Shown here piece by piece: positions 37,084 through 47,240 of a stretch of DNA of 64,000 nucleotides. Made by a program: the position numbers and the translations under genes. This DNA comes from Verrucomicrobiota bacterium. GTDB lineage: Bacteria > Verrucomicrobiota > Verrucomicrobiia > Limisphaerales > SXQI01. Numbering within the stretch: the first letter of the stretch is position 1; each line of letters starts with the position of its first letter. The stretch is from NCBI GenBank assembly GCA_033762115.1, contig JANRLX010000111.1, forward strand, positions 33,807-97,806. The letters are read 5' to 3'. The notes under the pieces were generated by a model. It made no database searches. It saw only the letters and a list, made by a program, of their open reading frames with translations, and was not told the origin of the DNA.

Positions 37084-40000
37084 TTAACCATACGGATTTT
37101 GCGGGCGAAACTGCTCGATCAACGCTGTCAGCTCATTGGCCTGGATCGGTGTGCTGAGATATCCATCCATCGCGACAGAGAGACGGCGCTCCTTGTTCGC
37201 ATCCATCATGTCCGTTGTCATGGCAATGACTTTGACCGGCTTTTGTGTGGATTGTTCCTTTTGGCGAATGGCTGCCAACGTTTCCAAACCTTCCAGGTGA
37301 GGCAAATCCATATCCAGAAGCACCATGTCATAATGCTGCCGCTCAAAAATCGCCATCGCTTCCCGAGCGTTTCTCGCAATCGTTACTCGGTGCCCCTGCC
37401 GCGCCAAAGTCCCCATCGCAATTTCCTGGTTCAACTGGCTGTCATCCACCACCATGATCGTCAATGGCAATTGACGTTCCGAACGCTGCCGTGGCGCCGG
37501 TTCCCGTTTTGCTGGTGATGCCGGAACAGCCGCGCTCTCAGGCGCAATGATTTCCTTGAGCACTGAGGCCAGCTCGGATGGATTGATCGGCTTGCGCACC
37601 GTGCGGGAAACTCCAAATTTTTTATAATCCTCAATCGGGTCATCAGGTTGCAGCAGCAGGACCAGTGGCGTCGAACGGTGCCGGTCATTCTCCAGCAATG
37701 TTTCAACAATTTGAAACCCATGCCGATCTCCAGCATGGGTATCGATCAGCACAGCGGCAAAACGCCTTCCTGCTTCATGGGCAATTTCAAGCACATCCAT
37801 CACTGAGGCTGGCTTTTCAATCACCGTGACCTTGAATCCCCAATGTTGCAGCAGATCATTCAGGAAACGGCGGGTCGTCAGATGCCCTTCCACAATCAGC
37901 AGCGGCTTGTCCCGGAACGATTCGTTGATTTCAACGCTCGCATTCTCCTGGGATTGTGCGCTTCCAAAACCGGACGTGAAATGGAATGTCGTTCCACCGC
38001 CCACTTCACTTTCCACCCACAACCGTCCATGCATCATCTTGATCAGGCGATTGGAAATGAGCAGCCCAAAGCCCTGTGTTCCGGCAGTGAACAGCGGCAT
38101 TTCAGGCCCCGTGCTGTAAGCTTCAAGAATCTTCCGGATTTTATCCGGTTGCATCCCGATCCCGGTGTCCCGCACGGAAAAATGCAAATCCACAGCCGGG
38201 CGCGGGCCTGCTTCCAGGATTGCCTGACTGTTCAACTCTACCTTCAGCACCACCTCCCCTTTTTCCGTGAACTTGATCCCGTTATCCAGAAGGCTGTTCA
38301 AAACCTGGAGCAGCCGTCCCTCATCTCCGAGGATAACCGTCGGCACTCCAGGAACCAAATGATACAGCAGTTCCAATCCCTTCCGTCGGGCCGCTCCCGC
38401 ATGCGCCCGCACCGCTTTATCCAGGCACTCTGCAAGGTTGAACGGCAGGTACTCCAGCTCATTGGAAGAGCTGTCGATTCGGGAAAATTCCAGGACATCA
38501 TTCACCAATCGCAACATCGATTGCGTCGATCCCTTGATCAGGTCCAGGTACTCTTTTTGATGAGACGTCACCGGTGTGCCGAGAAGCAGGTCAGTCAACC
38601 CGCTCACCCCATTCAGCGGGGTGCGCATTTCCTGGCAGATACTGGCGAGAAATTCACTTTTGGAACGATTTGCCCGTTCCGCCAATTCGCGGCCCCGTTC
38701 CAGTTCCATTCGTTTAGCACGTTCTGTGCTGATGGTTTGAAGGAACAGGATTGCCCCGCGAATCTGCTCTGCTTCATCCTGCCACGGTTGCATTTTCCAG
38801 CGCACATAATCGTACGTCCCATCCCGCCGCAGCAATCGGTCCTCCTCCCGTTCTTCACTTAATCCCTGGAAACATTTTGCCGATGCGCGATGCCACCGTT
38901 CCTCCCCTTCACGAAACAAGGTCGGCAACGATTTTCCCATCACATCCCCACGGTCCAGGCCCATCTCAATGAGAAACCGATTGCTTACCAGCACCACCCG
39001 CATTTCTCTGTCAATCACGAGCAGGTTGGCCGGCGCTTGCATCACCGTTTGCGCAAGGGCCCGCTCCTGTTCCATGTGCGCTTCACGCGCCGCATGCTCC
39101 CCGGTGATATCCTCTACCAGCCAAAGCGTGCGCCCTTTCCCCTGCGGCAGGGCGTGCAGCGCCACCATGACCGATTTCAACCCCGTTTCCAGCCGAAGCT
39201 CCCGTTTGCCTGACAAACCATTTTCAACCCCCAGCAGCAATCCGTTCAAGAGATGCTCTTGATTAGAAAAAAGGTTTAACCACCGTTTCTCTGCCAGGTC
39301 AGGCCAGCTCCGTTGCGTCAATTCCTGGAATCTCCCGTTCGCGCTGATGCATTGATGGGTCGAGTCTGTGATCAGCATTCCAAAAACTGAATGCTCCAGC
39401 ACATTGCCCTGTTCGCTTCTGCTTTCGGCTTTCTTTTCGCAAACCAGCAGCACGAAATACTCAGGACGCCCCTTTTCCAACCGGATTGGCACCATCCGCA
39501 GGTTGAATTCAGCCGAAGCGCTTCGGTTTCGGCAGGTAATCTCCAATTCCCCGGACAGTTCGCACTCCGGCGTCCGCAACGATTTTCCATCACTTTCCAA
39601 CCCCAGTTCAAACAATGAAACCCCCACCAGTTTGTCTGCGGAAATTCCAATTAAATCAGCGGCGGCCGCGTTCAAACTTTCGATCTCATACCGCGAATTC
39701 AATCGCAGCAAACCAATCTCATCCAGGGTTTCCGCGAGCAGGTGCGATTCCACATGCCGCAGCTTTTTCGCTTCCAGCGCTTCCTCCTCCGCCGTCAGAT
39801 CCATCACTTCCAGCAGCCATTCATCCCCGCTTTTCAGGAATGACAACCGAACCACAGCCGCGCGTTCACCCACCAGCCAACGATCTTCAAAATGATGCGC
39901 CGCCTGCTTTTCCTCAATGATCTGACGCCACTGCTCACGCCCGGACGGACTTAGCAATTCCATCAACTCGACTTTGCTTCCCCCGATAAACGACAGAAAA

Positions 40001-40656
40001 CTGCGATTCAATTTTGCAATCGCTCCACCCGCATCCAGCCGCGCCAACGGCCTGCTCGATTCCTCGAACTCCCGCTCCAGCTTTTGTTCCAGGCGGATGC
40101 TCTCCTCTTCCAATCGGTGCGCTCGCCTCTGCTCCGCGTGCAGTCGCTGCTGGATTTCCACCTGTCGCGCCAACGATTGCAAACCCTGCTTTTGCGCCAG
40201 ATCCAGCGTCCGCGCCTTGACATCCAGCACGCAAATCGCTCCCGCCAGTTGATTGTCTGTGGACACCAGCGGCGTGCCGGCAAAATAACGGATATTCGGC
40301 TTCTCCTTCACTGCGGGATGACTCGCCAGCGTCTCATCATTGGCCGTGTCAAAAAGCTCGAAAAAATAACGCTGCGTCGCCGCAATCGAACAAAAAGTGG
40401 AATCTTCGAAGACTAAATCCCAGGCCGCGTCAGCAGGATAAACGACTTGCCATCCGTCACTGTTTCTCCAGCAAATAAACGCCAGCGGAACCTCGCAAAG
40501 CGTCTGCGCCAGCAGCAGCAAATCCCGAAAGGCCTCCTCCGCCTGCCCCTTGGTTTGTCGGTCAACAGGCCTGCGAACACATTGAAAAAGAGGTTCCTCC
40601 CTCCGGGGCTTTTCAGACCCGACGGTGCCTGGAGTTTGGGACTCTTTTTTGGACAT
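37084..40656 (-). CDS. hybrid sensor kinase-like protein GAF-PAS(n)-HisKA-HATPase-REC-REC with a degenerate H-box
   Basis: IRYFAGTPL GAF; KSEFLASICQEMRTPLNG; LDNGIKFT; DTGIG; two receiver domains. Confidence 0.85.
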   Translation of the reverse strand: MSKKESQTPGTVGSEKPRREEPLFQCVRRPVDRQTKGQAEEAFRDLLLLAQTLCEVPLAFICWRNSDGWQVVYPADAAWDLVFEDSTFCSIAATQRYFFELFDTANDETLASHPAVKEKPNIRYFAGTPLVSTDNQLAGAICVLDVKARTLDLAQKQGLQSLARQVEIQQRLHAEQRRAHRLEEESIRLEQKLEREFEESSRPLARLDAGGAIAKLNRSFLSFIGGSKVELMELLSPSGREQWRQIIEEKQAAHHFEDRWLVGERAAVVRLSFLKSGDEWLLEVMDLTAEEEALEAKKLRHVESHLLAETLDEIGLLRLNSRYEIESLNAAAADLIGISADKLVGVSLFELGLESDGKSLRTPECELSGELEITCRNRSASAEFNLRMVPIRLEKGRPEYFVLLVCEKKAESRSEQGNVLEHSVFGMLITDSTHQCISANGRFQELTQRSWPDLAEKRWLNLFSNQEHLLNGLLLGVENGLSGKRELRLETGLKSVMVALHALPQGKGRTLWLVEDITGEHAAREAHMEQERALAQTVMQAPANLLVIDREMRVVLVSNRFLIEMGLDRGDVMGKSLPTLFREGEERWHRASAKCFQGLSEEREEDRLLRRDGTYDYVRWKMQPWQDEAEQIRGAILFLQTISTERAKRMELERGRELAERANRSKSEFLASICQEMRTPLNGVSGLTDLLLGTPVTSHQKEYLDLIKGSTQSMLRLVNDVLEFSRIDSSSNELEYLPFNLAECLDKAVRAHAGAARRKGLELLYHLVPGVPTVILGDEGRLLQVLNSLLDNGIKFTEKGEVVLKVELNSQAILEAGPRPAVDLHFSVRDTGIGMQPDKIRKILEAYSTGPEMPLFTAGTQGFGLLISNRLIKMMHGRLWVESEVGGGTTFHFTSGFGSAQSQENASVEINESFRDKPLLIVEGHLTTRRFLNDLLQHWGFKVTVIEKPASVMDVLEIAHEAGRRFAAVLIDTHAGDRHGFQIVETLLENDRHRSTPLVLLLQPDDPIEDYKKFGVSRTVRKPINPSELASVLKEIIAPESAAVPASPAKREPAPRQRSERQLPLTIMVVDDSQLNQEIAMGTLARQGHRVTIARNAREAMAIFERQHYDMVLLDMDLPHLEGLETLAAIRQKEQSTQKPVKVIAMTTDMMDANKERRLSVAMDGYLSTPIQANELTALIEQFRPQNPYG

Positions 40657-40912
40657 GGTCTCTCAGGCCAATAAATTGACCTAGACTAAAGCAACTCAGG
40701 TTCTCCCAGGCAAGGCAATAGAACGTCAAAAACCTGACCGCTGTTTATCTAACTATTCTTTCATCATGATGATAAAATAGCAACCATAAAATGGGGAAAT
40801 TGCCTGATGTAGATCATTGTCCATAATAATCTCAACCCGAACAACTTGCAAATAAACAAAGGCCCTGCCCTTGACGGATCGCTCCTGCTCATCGAAAATA
40901 GTTGCCTGTCTT

Positions 40913-41265
40913 GGGGGCGTACTGGTTTCGACTTGAAAGATACGCCAGAGGCGGCATGCCGAGGATGATTCGTTGGCCTCGTAAAAAATCGGATCAAAAA
41001 ATAAAAGCTAACAATGAATTAGCCCTCGCGGCCTAAGTTGCCGTGACGTTCACTGGTGGACACCTGCTACATCGGATGAACGCAATTGCAGGTTAGGTGA
41101 TTGCGGAGACCGCGCGTTCCTCACCGAAATAATTTCATGCGGACTATGCAGTGCGACTCGGGCCGGGGCGTTATCGCACAGCAGACAAATTCACCTCGGA
41201 TAAGCATGTAGTCGCGGCTGGTTTACCGGTCAAGGACGCGGGTTCAACTCCCGCCGCCTCCACCA
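40913..41265 (+). ncRNA. ssrA: tmRNA, tag peptide ANNELALAA (41007-41036)
   Basis: 5' GGGGGCG...GGTTTCGAC; 3' GGTTCAACTCCCGCCGCCTCCACCA; acceptor stem pairs; TTGACG promoter element at 40871. Confidence 0.95.
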
Positions 41266-41315
41266 TTTTCTAGGGTGTTCGAACCGGCCTTTAAATGGGG
41301 TTCGATTTCATTGCT

Positions 41316-41825
41316 TTAAAGGCTGTTCAACGCCGCAATCAGAAAACAGGCGAGGGAACCGGACAGTGACCAGATAAAGGCACTCGTTCCGAATTTGTAA
41401 GACTGAAAGGTTCCGAAAATGTGGCCACATCCAGAAAATGCCATCAGACCGCAAAGTATGACGAGCTCGGGATTTCGAATGGCAATCATTGCAGCAATAG
41501 CTCCTCCATAGCTTTCGCCCATAAAATCCGCCTTCGATATTTTCAGGTATTTAACCAAAGCGACCACGTCTTTTGAATGCTGCTCGATACTTAATGGCCG
41601 ATCAGCTATATCAGCGGTTCGGCCATGTCCCTGAAGATCCAAGGTGATGATCGTATGATCCATGTAGACGAGAGGTTTTCCCTCTCCCTCGATCTGATAA
41701 TACATTTTTAAGCCGTTTATCTCGGCGTACTTTCCGGACGGTGGGCGGTTGGCGTGAGCCAATGGTCGGGAGCAGGCGAGTACAAGCAACAACGTAGTGA
41801 CGACTTTGAACGGGGTAAGCTTCAT
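41316..41825 (-). pseudogene. truncated/chimeric alpha/beta hydrolase
   Basis: DLQGHGRT and GESYGG present; oxyanion segment after GKPLVY is missing; sequence turns into an unrelated hydrophobic tail before the catalytic Asp/His. Confidence 0.6.
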
Positions 41826-42304
41826 TTTCGGACGCTCCTCTTTTTTGACTTCTTGGGAGGATGAGCGTCTTCCCAGCGATATTTTTTTCGAGATCCGGTG
41901 CCAAATTGATCAAAAAAGATATCGAGAAAGTAGTTCCAGCCCCTTTTATGACCTTTCGCATTTCGTGTATTCGGAAGATCAGAATGCACCAACGTCATCA
42001 ACGTTTCTTTCCCTTTCTTTTCAAAGGTGATGGTGACCGTCGTTTCTTTTCCACTGGTGCTAGGAGACATCCAGGTGTGAACGAGTTTGCGTCCCCGTTG
42101 AAATTCGGTGAAGCGTCCATAATGAGCGGTTCCTTGAAGCGTCCAGTAGAAGAGGCCGCGAATTTTCGGTTGGTAGATATACTCATCAGCAGCGTTCCAA
42201 ATGGTGCCTGATACCTTTGGGCTCAACCAACCATCAAAAATCTCGATGGGCGATCCCTGTATTGTTCGCTGAAATTTAAATTCAAGAGTTTTTTCGGAGT
42301 TCAT
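41822..42304 (-). CDS. SRPBCC/AHSA1 domain protein
   Basis: KLVHTW, TTVTITF, TLMTLVHSDLP, HKRGW; follows an ArsR gene. Confidence 0.82.
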   Translation of the reverse strand: MNSEKTLEFKFQRTIQGSPIEIFDGWLSPKVSGTIWNAADEYIYQPKIRGLFYWTLQGTAHYGRFTEFQRGRKLVHTWMSPSTSGKETTVTITFEKKGKETLMTLVHSDLPNTRNAKGHKRGWNYFLDIFFDQFGTGSRKKYRWEDAHPPKKSKKRSVRK

Positions 42305-42307
42305 AGT

Positions 42308-42628
42308 TCACCTTTTCTTTTTGTTTTTGAAATGCTGTTCAAACTTATCGAGGCGCTCGTTCCAGAACCGCTCATATTCATGCACCCATTCGGCGACAGC
42401 CTCCAGAGGCTCCGCCTTAAGGGAAATGAGCACCTCTCGGCCCTGCCTTTCGCGCTCGATAAGGCCCGCTCGTTCCAGCAGTTTTAAGTGCTTTGTGACT
42501 GCATTCAGGGCCAGATCAAACGGTTTTGCGACGTCAAGGAAGCGCGCCGGTGCAGAAGCGAGCTTTCCAATAATCGCTCTCCGAGTCGGATGCGAAATCG
42601 CGGTCAGAACATCTGAAAGTTGATCCAT
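42308..42628 (-). CDS. ArsR/SmtB family regulator
   Basis: AISHPTRRAI, TKHLKLLERAGLI.R...GRE, W..RLD; start MDQLSD. Confidence 0.9.
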   Translation of the reverse strand: MDQLSDVLTAISHPTRRAIIGKLASAPARFLDVAKPFDLALNAVTKHLKLLERAGLIERERQGREVLISLKAEPLEAVAEWVHEYERFWNERLDKFEQHFKNKKKR

Positions 42629-42629
42629 A

Positions 42630-42659
42630 AATTCATTACACCATAAGGTGTAATGAATT
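42630..42659. promoter_or_regulatory. ArsR operator palindrome
   Basis: 13-bp inverted repeat AATTCATTACACC-ataa-GGTGTAATGAATT abutting the ArsR start codon. Confidence 0.75.
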
Positions 42660-42739
42660 GCAATAGAAATTAAACCAGCAATAATTGGCACAGATTGATC
42701 CTCCACCATTCCTCAACGGGAACGATGCGTGGTATGGAG

Positions 42740-44752
42740 CTAAAGTGGGTATAACGCTTCGATCCAGACTTTCATCTCTCCTTCGCCCCGGTTGGACCAG
42801 AGGTAGTATGGGATAGCGGTGGCGTGGACGCGCTCGTTACCGCGCATGAGCATGCCTTCCAGGACAGTTGTCCCGCCCAGGAGGTCGGGGCGGTGACGGG
42901 TTTCAAACTTCGCGTTCTCGGGAAGAGTGAGGTCCAATACGCGTCCGCCATTATCCGCTCCCTCGAGGCAGTAGAGAATGGGACCGCGTTGGAAGGCAAC
43001 TTTTCCCGCGCAGTCTTTGACTCGCTCGTTCGCTATAATGCGCCGCGTTCCCATCGGGAACTCCAGGTCGATTACGTCACCGGATTTCCACTCCCTCTCC
43101 AGGGAGGCATAACCGTTGGTGAGCACGCTGCCTAAGGGGGTCAGGCTGCTGTTTACGCTGAGCTTTGCGCGTTCTTGCTGTGCGTCAGCGAAGCGGTACA
43201 AGTCACTGGGCACAACCTCATTTCGGGCCCAGCCGGGAATACGGACATGCAGGCGGGTGAGGGTGGCACTCTGGTCGGCGGCTTGCAGCCGAATCCGCAC
43301 TTGGCCGTTCCATGCGTAGTCCCCTTCCTGCATAATTTTCCAGCGAGTGCCAGCGGCCTCCACTTCGGCAGTGCCCATGATGAACAGGTTCACAAACAAC
43401 TCGTCGGCGCGCGTGGCGTATGCGAAGCCGGGCAATTGCGGGAGGTAACGGGCGAGAGTGGGCGGACAACAGGCGCAGGGGAACCATTCCTTGCGCGTGG
43501 CTGAACTTTCGGCGTGCGGGAGATTCTTTCCATCGGCGGGGAGCCAGCCGAGGTTGAAGCGATACTTGCCGTCTGAGGCGAGCGGGCAGGCGTAGAAGTA
43601 GCGGTCGCCGGAAACGGAAACACCGGCGGCAAGGTTGTTGTAAAAGGTGCGCTCGATGACATCGAAATAGCGGGAATCGGGTTCGTTGCGAAACATTCTG
43701 GTGGCCCACATGGGAAAGGAAACGGCGGCGCAAATTTCAGTGTAGGCAGTCAAGCTCGGGAGATCGTAGGCGGTGCCGAAGCCTTCGTTATCGTGACGTG
43801 AACCGATGCCGCCGTTGATGTAAAACTTGCGGCTGGTGACATCGTGCCAGAGCACCTGGAGCGCGCGGTGATAACGCTCATCTCCGGAAAGCCGCCCTAC
43901 ATCGGCCGCTCCGGAATAGAAGTAAGTGGCGCGCGGCGCTTGACCGACCGCTTCCCGCTGTTCAAAGAGCGGCGCATGGTCCTGCGAGAATTCACCACGT
44001 TTGTCCCGCCCGCCAGCTTCAGTGCCACGGAGATCAACGAAAAACTTTGCCAACTTCCACCAACGATCATCACCGGTGACATCGGACAAAGTGACGAGGG
44101 CGGGCTCGATTTCTTCATGACCGCAGACGTCCAAACGTTTCCCCGGGCCGAAGAGTCGATCAATCAGGCGGGCCTTATTTAGCGCGACATCCAGGAACGT
44201 GCGTTTTCCCGTCGCTTTGTAATGGGCGGCGCCAGCTTCGAAGAGATGGCCTGCAGAGTAGAGCTCGAGGTCGTCACCAAGATTGCTCCAGCGCTTCATT
44301 CGCTTTGGCCCTTTGCCGCGCTCGCTGAGTTGAATGACAGTACGAAGGTAGCCATCGGCGTCCTGCGCCTTTGCGATGATGCTGATGATTGCGTCCACCT
44401 CGCGTTCCAGTTCCGGATTGGGCTTCTGACTCAACGCATACGCCGCAGCCTCAATCGCCTTGTAAAGAAACTCATCGGAGTTCGGCAGGCCGAAGTAATT
44501 GCCATTTCGCAAACCGGCGACTTTCTCAAAATTCGCGATAATCCCCATGTCGCGGCACATCTGCAAATTGTGCGGCACGGTTACGCTCCTGTTTCTCTCG
44601 AGGATCGGTGCCCAGAAAGAATCGGTCACCCTGATATTTTGGAAGGGCACGAACGAAAGAGTGGTGTCTCGAATCAACCCGGCGCCAAATGTGCAAAATG
44701 CGGTGGTGAGGAGAAGCAGGATTCTCATTGTGCAGAGGCTGAATGGATGCAT
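42740..44752 (-). CDS. glycoside hydrolase family 127 (beta-L-arabinofuranosidase-like)
   Basis: ELYSAGHL.EA, GHEEIE, EICA, CACCPP, RGPILYCLE, IPYYLWSNRG. Confidence 0.88.
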   Translation of the reverse strand: MHPFSLCTMRILLLLTTAFCTFGAGLIRDTTLSFVPFQNIRVTDSFWAPILERNRSVTVPHNLQMCRDMGIIANFEKVAGLRNGNYFGLPNSDEFLYKAIEAAAYALSQKPNPELEREVDAIISIIAKAQDADGYLRTVIQLSERGKGPKRMKRWSNLGDDLELYSAGHLFEAGAAHYKATGKRTFLDVALNKARLIDRLFGPGKRLDVCGHEEIEPALVTLSDVTGDDRWWKLAKFFVDLRGTEAGGRDKRGEFSQDHAPLFEQREAVGQAPRATYFYSGAADVGRLSGDERYHRALQVLWHDVTSRKFYINGGIGSRHDNEGFGTAYDLPSLTAYTEICAAVSFPMWATRMFRNEPDSRYFDVIERTFYNNLAAGVSVSGDRYFYACPLASDGKYRFNLGWLPADGKNLPHAESSATRKEWFPCACCPPTLARYLPQLPGFAYATRADELFVNLFIMGTAEVEAAGTRWKIMQEGDYAWNGQVRIRLQAADQSATLTRLHVRIPGWARNEVVPSDLYRFADAQQERAKLSVNSSLTPLGSVLTNGYASLEREWKSGDVIDLEFPMGTRRIIANERVKDCAGKVAFQRGPILYCLEGADNGGRVLDLTLPENAKFETRHRPDLLGGTTVLEGMLMRGNERVHATAIPYYLWSNRGEGEMKVWIEALYPL

Positions 44753-44905
44753 TTCATGGGGAGGGTAGCAACCGCGCTAGCATCAGCAATGCGCAAAGCT
44801 TGCGCATCATGAGCATGGGAGGCGAACCCGACAATGGTTGTGAACGAGACGTGCCGCCTGGATAATGAGTGAAAGCTCGGACTCCTAAGCTACTTCTGAT
44901 GATTG

Positions 44906-46891
44906 CTATTCGGGACGCCAGCGATAAAGCAGGTTTTTTCCGCGCCAGTCTTCCTCGACAAGGATGAGATATTCCCCGTCCTTTCGGCGCATCGCCTGAA
45001 CCGCATACGGCATGTCCTGCCAGCCGGCATTTCCACCGACTTCAGGCCCGGGCACGAACGTTCCGACATGTGAACCGTCTGCCTGTTTGAGGATATGAAC
45101 AGGTTGTTTTCCATCCTCGGGCTTAACCATTCCGACGAACATATAATCACCCGCTATGGCGAGTGATTCGGGCGAGAGAGGCTTTCCTTTCCCTTCGCCG
45201 TCCGGATTCAGCGGGAGCTTTATTGTGTAGCGCACCGCTTGCTTTCCTTTTAACCAGCCATCGTAGCGCCGCAACGTCTTGCCAGCGACTCCCCATGAGT
45301 CGATCTGTTCACCTTCGAGATAGCCGCTCAGGTAAAGCGTATCGGTGGAATCATCGTAAATGATCCGTCTTACAATATTGAAATCCGCAGGCCATGGCCA
45401 TGCCTCCGGCTTTTCAGTCTCGAAGCGCGGTGCCCCGTCAGGATTCCAGCCACGGAAAGCGTGGCGCCGGATCTTCTTATCGGGCGCATCGCCGTGCCAC
45501 ACATCGCCATTGCTTGCGATGTGCCAGGCCCAGGTTTCGTCTTTTTCGGTAATGAGCCCGGCGGGCTTGGCCAGGTAACCGTCGGGTTGCTCGAAAGTGA
45601 AAAATCGAAACCCGCCGCCATACTGCCCGATTGTATAGAGCAGGCGACGCCCTTCGAGACGTCGCAGATAAGCAGTCATTGCCGAGTTCGCGCGGGGGTC
45701 CTCCGGGTGTTTGACGTGATCCACTGTGGTGGCGCGTTGCCTCCAAATGAGACCGCTCGCGCCGGAGTCGAGATCAACATCAAAAACAGCAGTTCGGCTA
45801 TAGATTACCTTACCATCACTCTCCGGATCGAAACCGTAGGTGTCCACAAACGCATGGTTCGCAAGTTCCCAGCGAAGCTGACCGGCCGGAGTAAAAGATC
45901 TGAGCACCAGGGTACCGACAGGGGCTCCGTTGAAACCGAGTGCAACATAAAGGTTGCCTGCTGCATCCGTGCCGGCCCCGCGCGGCGAGTAGAGCTTTGA
46001 TGGAGCACTGAGGCCAGCCGTTCCAGAACGCAAACCGCCCCGTTCGCCGAAGGTCTGGACCAGTTTTGGATTCCCGCTGATCTCAAAAAATTTAACTTGT
46101 TGATCAGGTCCATCGTCGCAAACAATCAAGCGTCCGCGCATATCGAAAGAAAGTGCTGTAGGCTTGGCAACTTCCCGGAAGGCTGAGTTCTGTCCAAAGC
46201 GATCATGCTTGATCTCCACCTTCCCTACCGCGTTCGTGAGCACCACGTTTTTGAGGATATTCGTTCCGGCGATCACCCACACCGAAAGATCCGGAGCGAA
46301 GACTATGTCCTTGAGATCTTCAACTGGGGAACTTGCGAGCAGCGAGAAACGTTCAGGGCTGCGCAGTTCCAGGCGGTTGGTGTAGGCAATTGCAAGCCAC
46401 CCATCGCGCGCGGCCAATCCTACGGCTCCTTTCGGCATCTCAAATTCCTCCTCGAACTTCGCCGAATCGAGATTGCCAGGTGTCCAACTGAACCGCAAAA
46501 AGTGCGCTCCTTTGTTGGCGATGTAAATGTTCGTGCCGTCGACTGCGATCGCCTCGTTTCCGGTATTCCATCCCCAGGCGGTCTCTTTCTTCGACTCCTG
46601 CTTCAGGAGCACGCGATTCACCTTCCCGTCCTTGTACAGACCGACACATCGTCCGGCCTCGTCCCAATCTGTGCCTGCCAAAACGGTTCCGTCGGCCGTT
46701 ACTTCAATTTCGTCCGCCCCGTTCTGAACCCAGTTCCCGAAACCATTCGGACCACCATCTCCCGGGAAGGAATTACCCACCCAACTGGTCGAATAGCGAC
46801 CAGGAGGAGCTTTAAAATGCTCTGCAGCTCCCAGGAATTTCGCACCCAGTAAGATGATCAAAGCGGCGGCGGCAAAATAGATCTTACTCAC
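44906..46891 (-). CDS. secreted beta-propeller (NHL/SMP-30-like) protein
   Basis: Signal peptide; repeated PT.L.FD..G.L.V.D and DAAGNLYV blades. Confidence 0.65.
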   Translation of the reverse strand: MSKIYFAAAALIILLGAKFLGAAEHFKAPPGRYSTSWVGNSFPGDGGPNGFGNWVQNGADEIEVTADGTVLAGTDWDEAGRCVGLYKDGKVNRVLLKQESKKETAWGWNTGNEAIAVDGTNIYIANKGAHFLRFSWTPGNLDSAKFEEEFEMPKGAVGLAARDGWLAIAYTNRLELRSPERFSLLASSPVEDLKDIVFAPDLSVWVIAGTNILKNVVLTNAVGKVEIKHDRFGQNSAFREVAKPTALSFDMRGRLIVCDDGPDQQVKFFEISGNPKLVQTFGERGGLRSGTAGLSAPSKLYSPRGAGTDAAGNLYVALGFNGAPVGTLVLRSFTPAGQLRWELANHAFVDTYGFDPESDGKVIYSRTAVFDVDLDSGASGLIWRQRATTVDHVKHPEDPRANSAMTAYLRRLEGRRLLYTIGQYGGGFRFFTFEQPDGYLAKPAGLITEKDETWAWHIASNGDVWHGDAPDKKIRRHAFRGWNPDGAPRFETEKPEAWPWPADFNIVRRIIYDDSTDTLYLSGYLEGEQIDSWGVAGKTLRRYDGWLKGKQAVRYTIKLPLNPDGEGKGKPLSPESLAIAGDYMFVGMVKPEDGKQPVHILKQADGSHVGTFVPGPEVGGNAGWQDMPYAVQAMRRKDGEYLILVEEDWRGKNLLYRWRPE

Positions 46892-47090
46892 GTGGGCGAT
46901 CTTACATCCTTCGTTGCGGAAGCATAAGATATTTGTTTCCAGCTTCGTAGCCTCCGTATGCTAACGCGGACTTTTCAGCGGATCTCATGAAAAGTAAGGA
47001 ACAATGATTCTCAGCAATCGGGCGCAAAACTTTCGACTCCCACCATCTACTTCCGTTAAGGAAAATTGGGAATTTTCAACCACGAAGAAC

Positions 47091-47166
47091 TGGGGTGGCC
47101 AACGGGATTCGAACCCGCAACAACCAGCTCCACAAGCTGGGACTCTACCATTGAGCTATGACCACC
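47091..47166 (-). tRNA. tRNA-His(GTG) with encoded G-1 and CCA
   Basis: GGTGGTCATAGCTCAATGGTAGAG...GTG anticodon...GGTTCGAATCCCGTTGGCCACCCCA. Confidence 0.96.
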
Positions 47167-47240
47167 ATCGCAGGTTAAAAAGAGTAGGTTGCCCCCATCA
47201 TCCAGTCAAGAAGCCGTTTCGCCGAATCGGGTCCCTGGAC

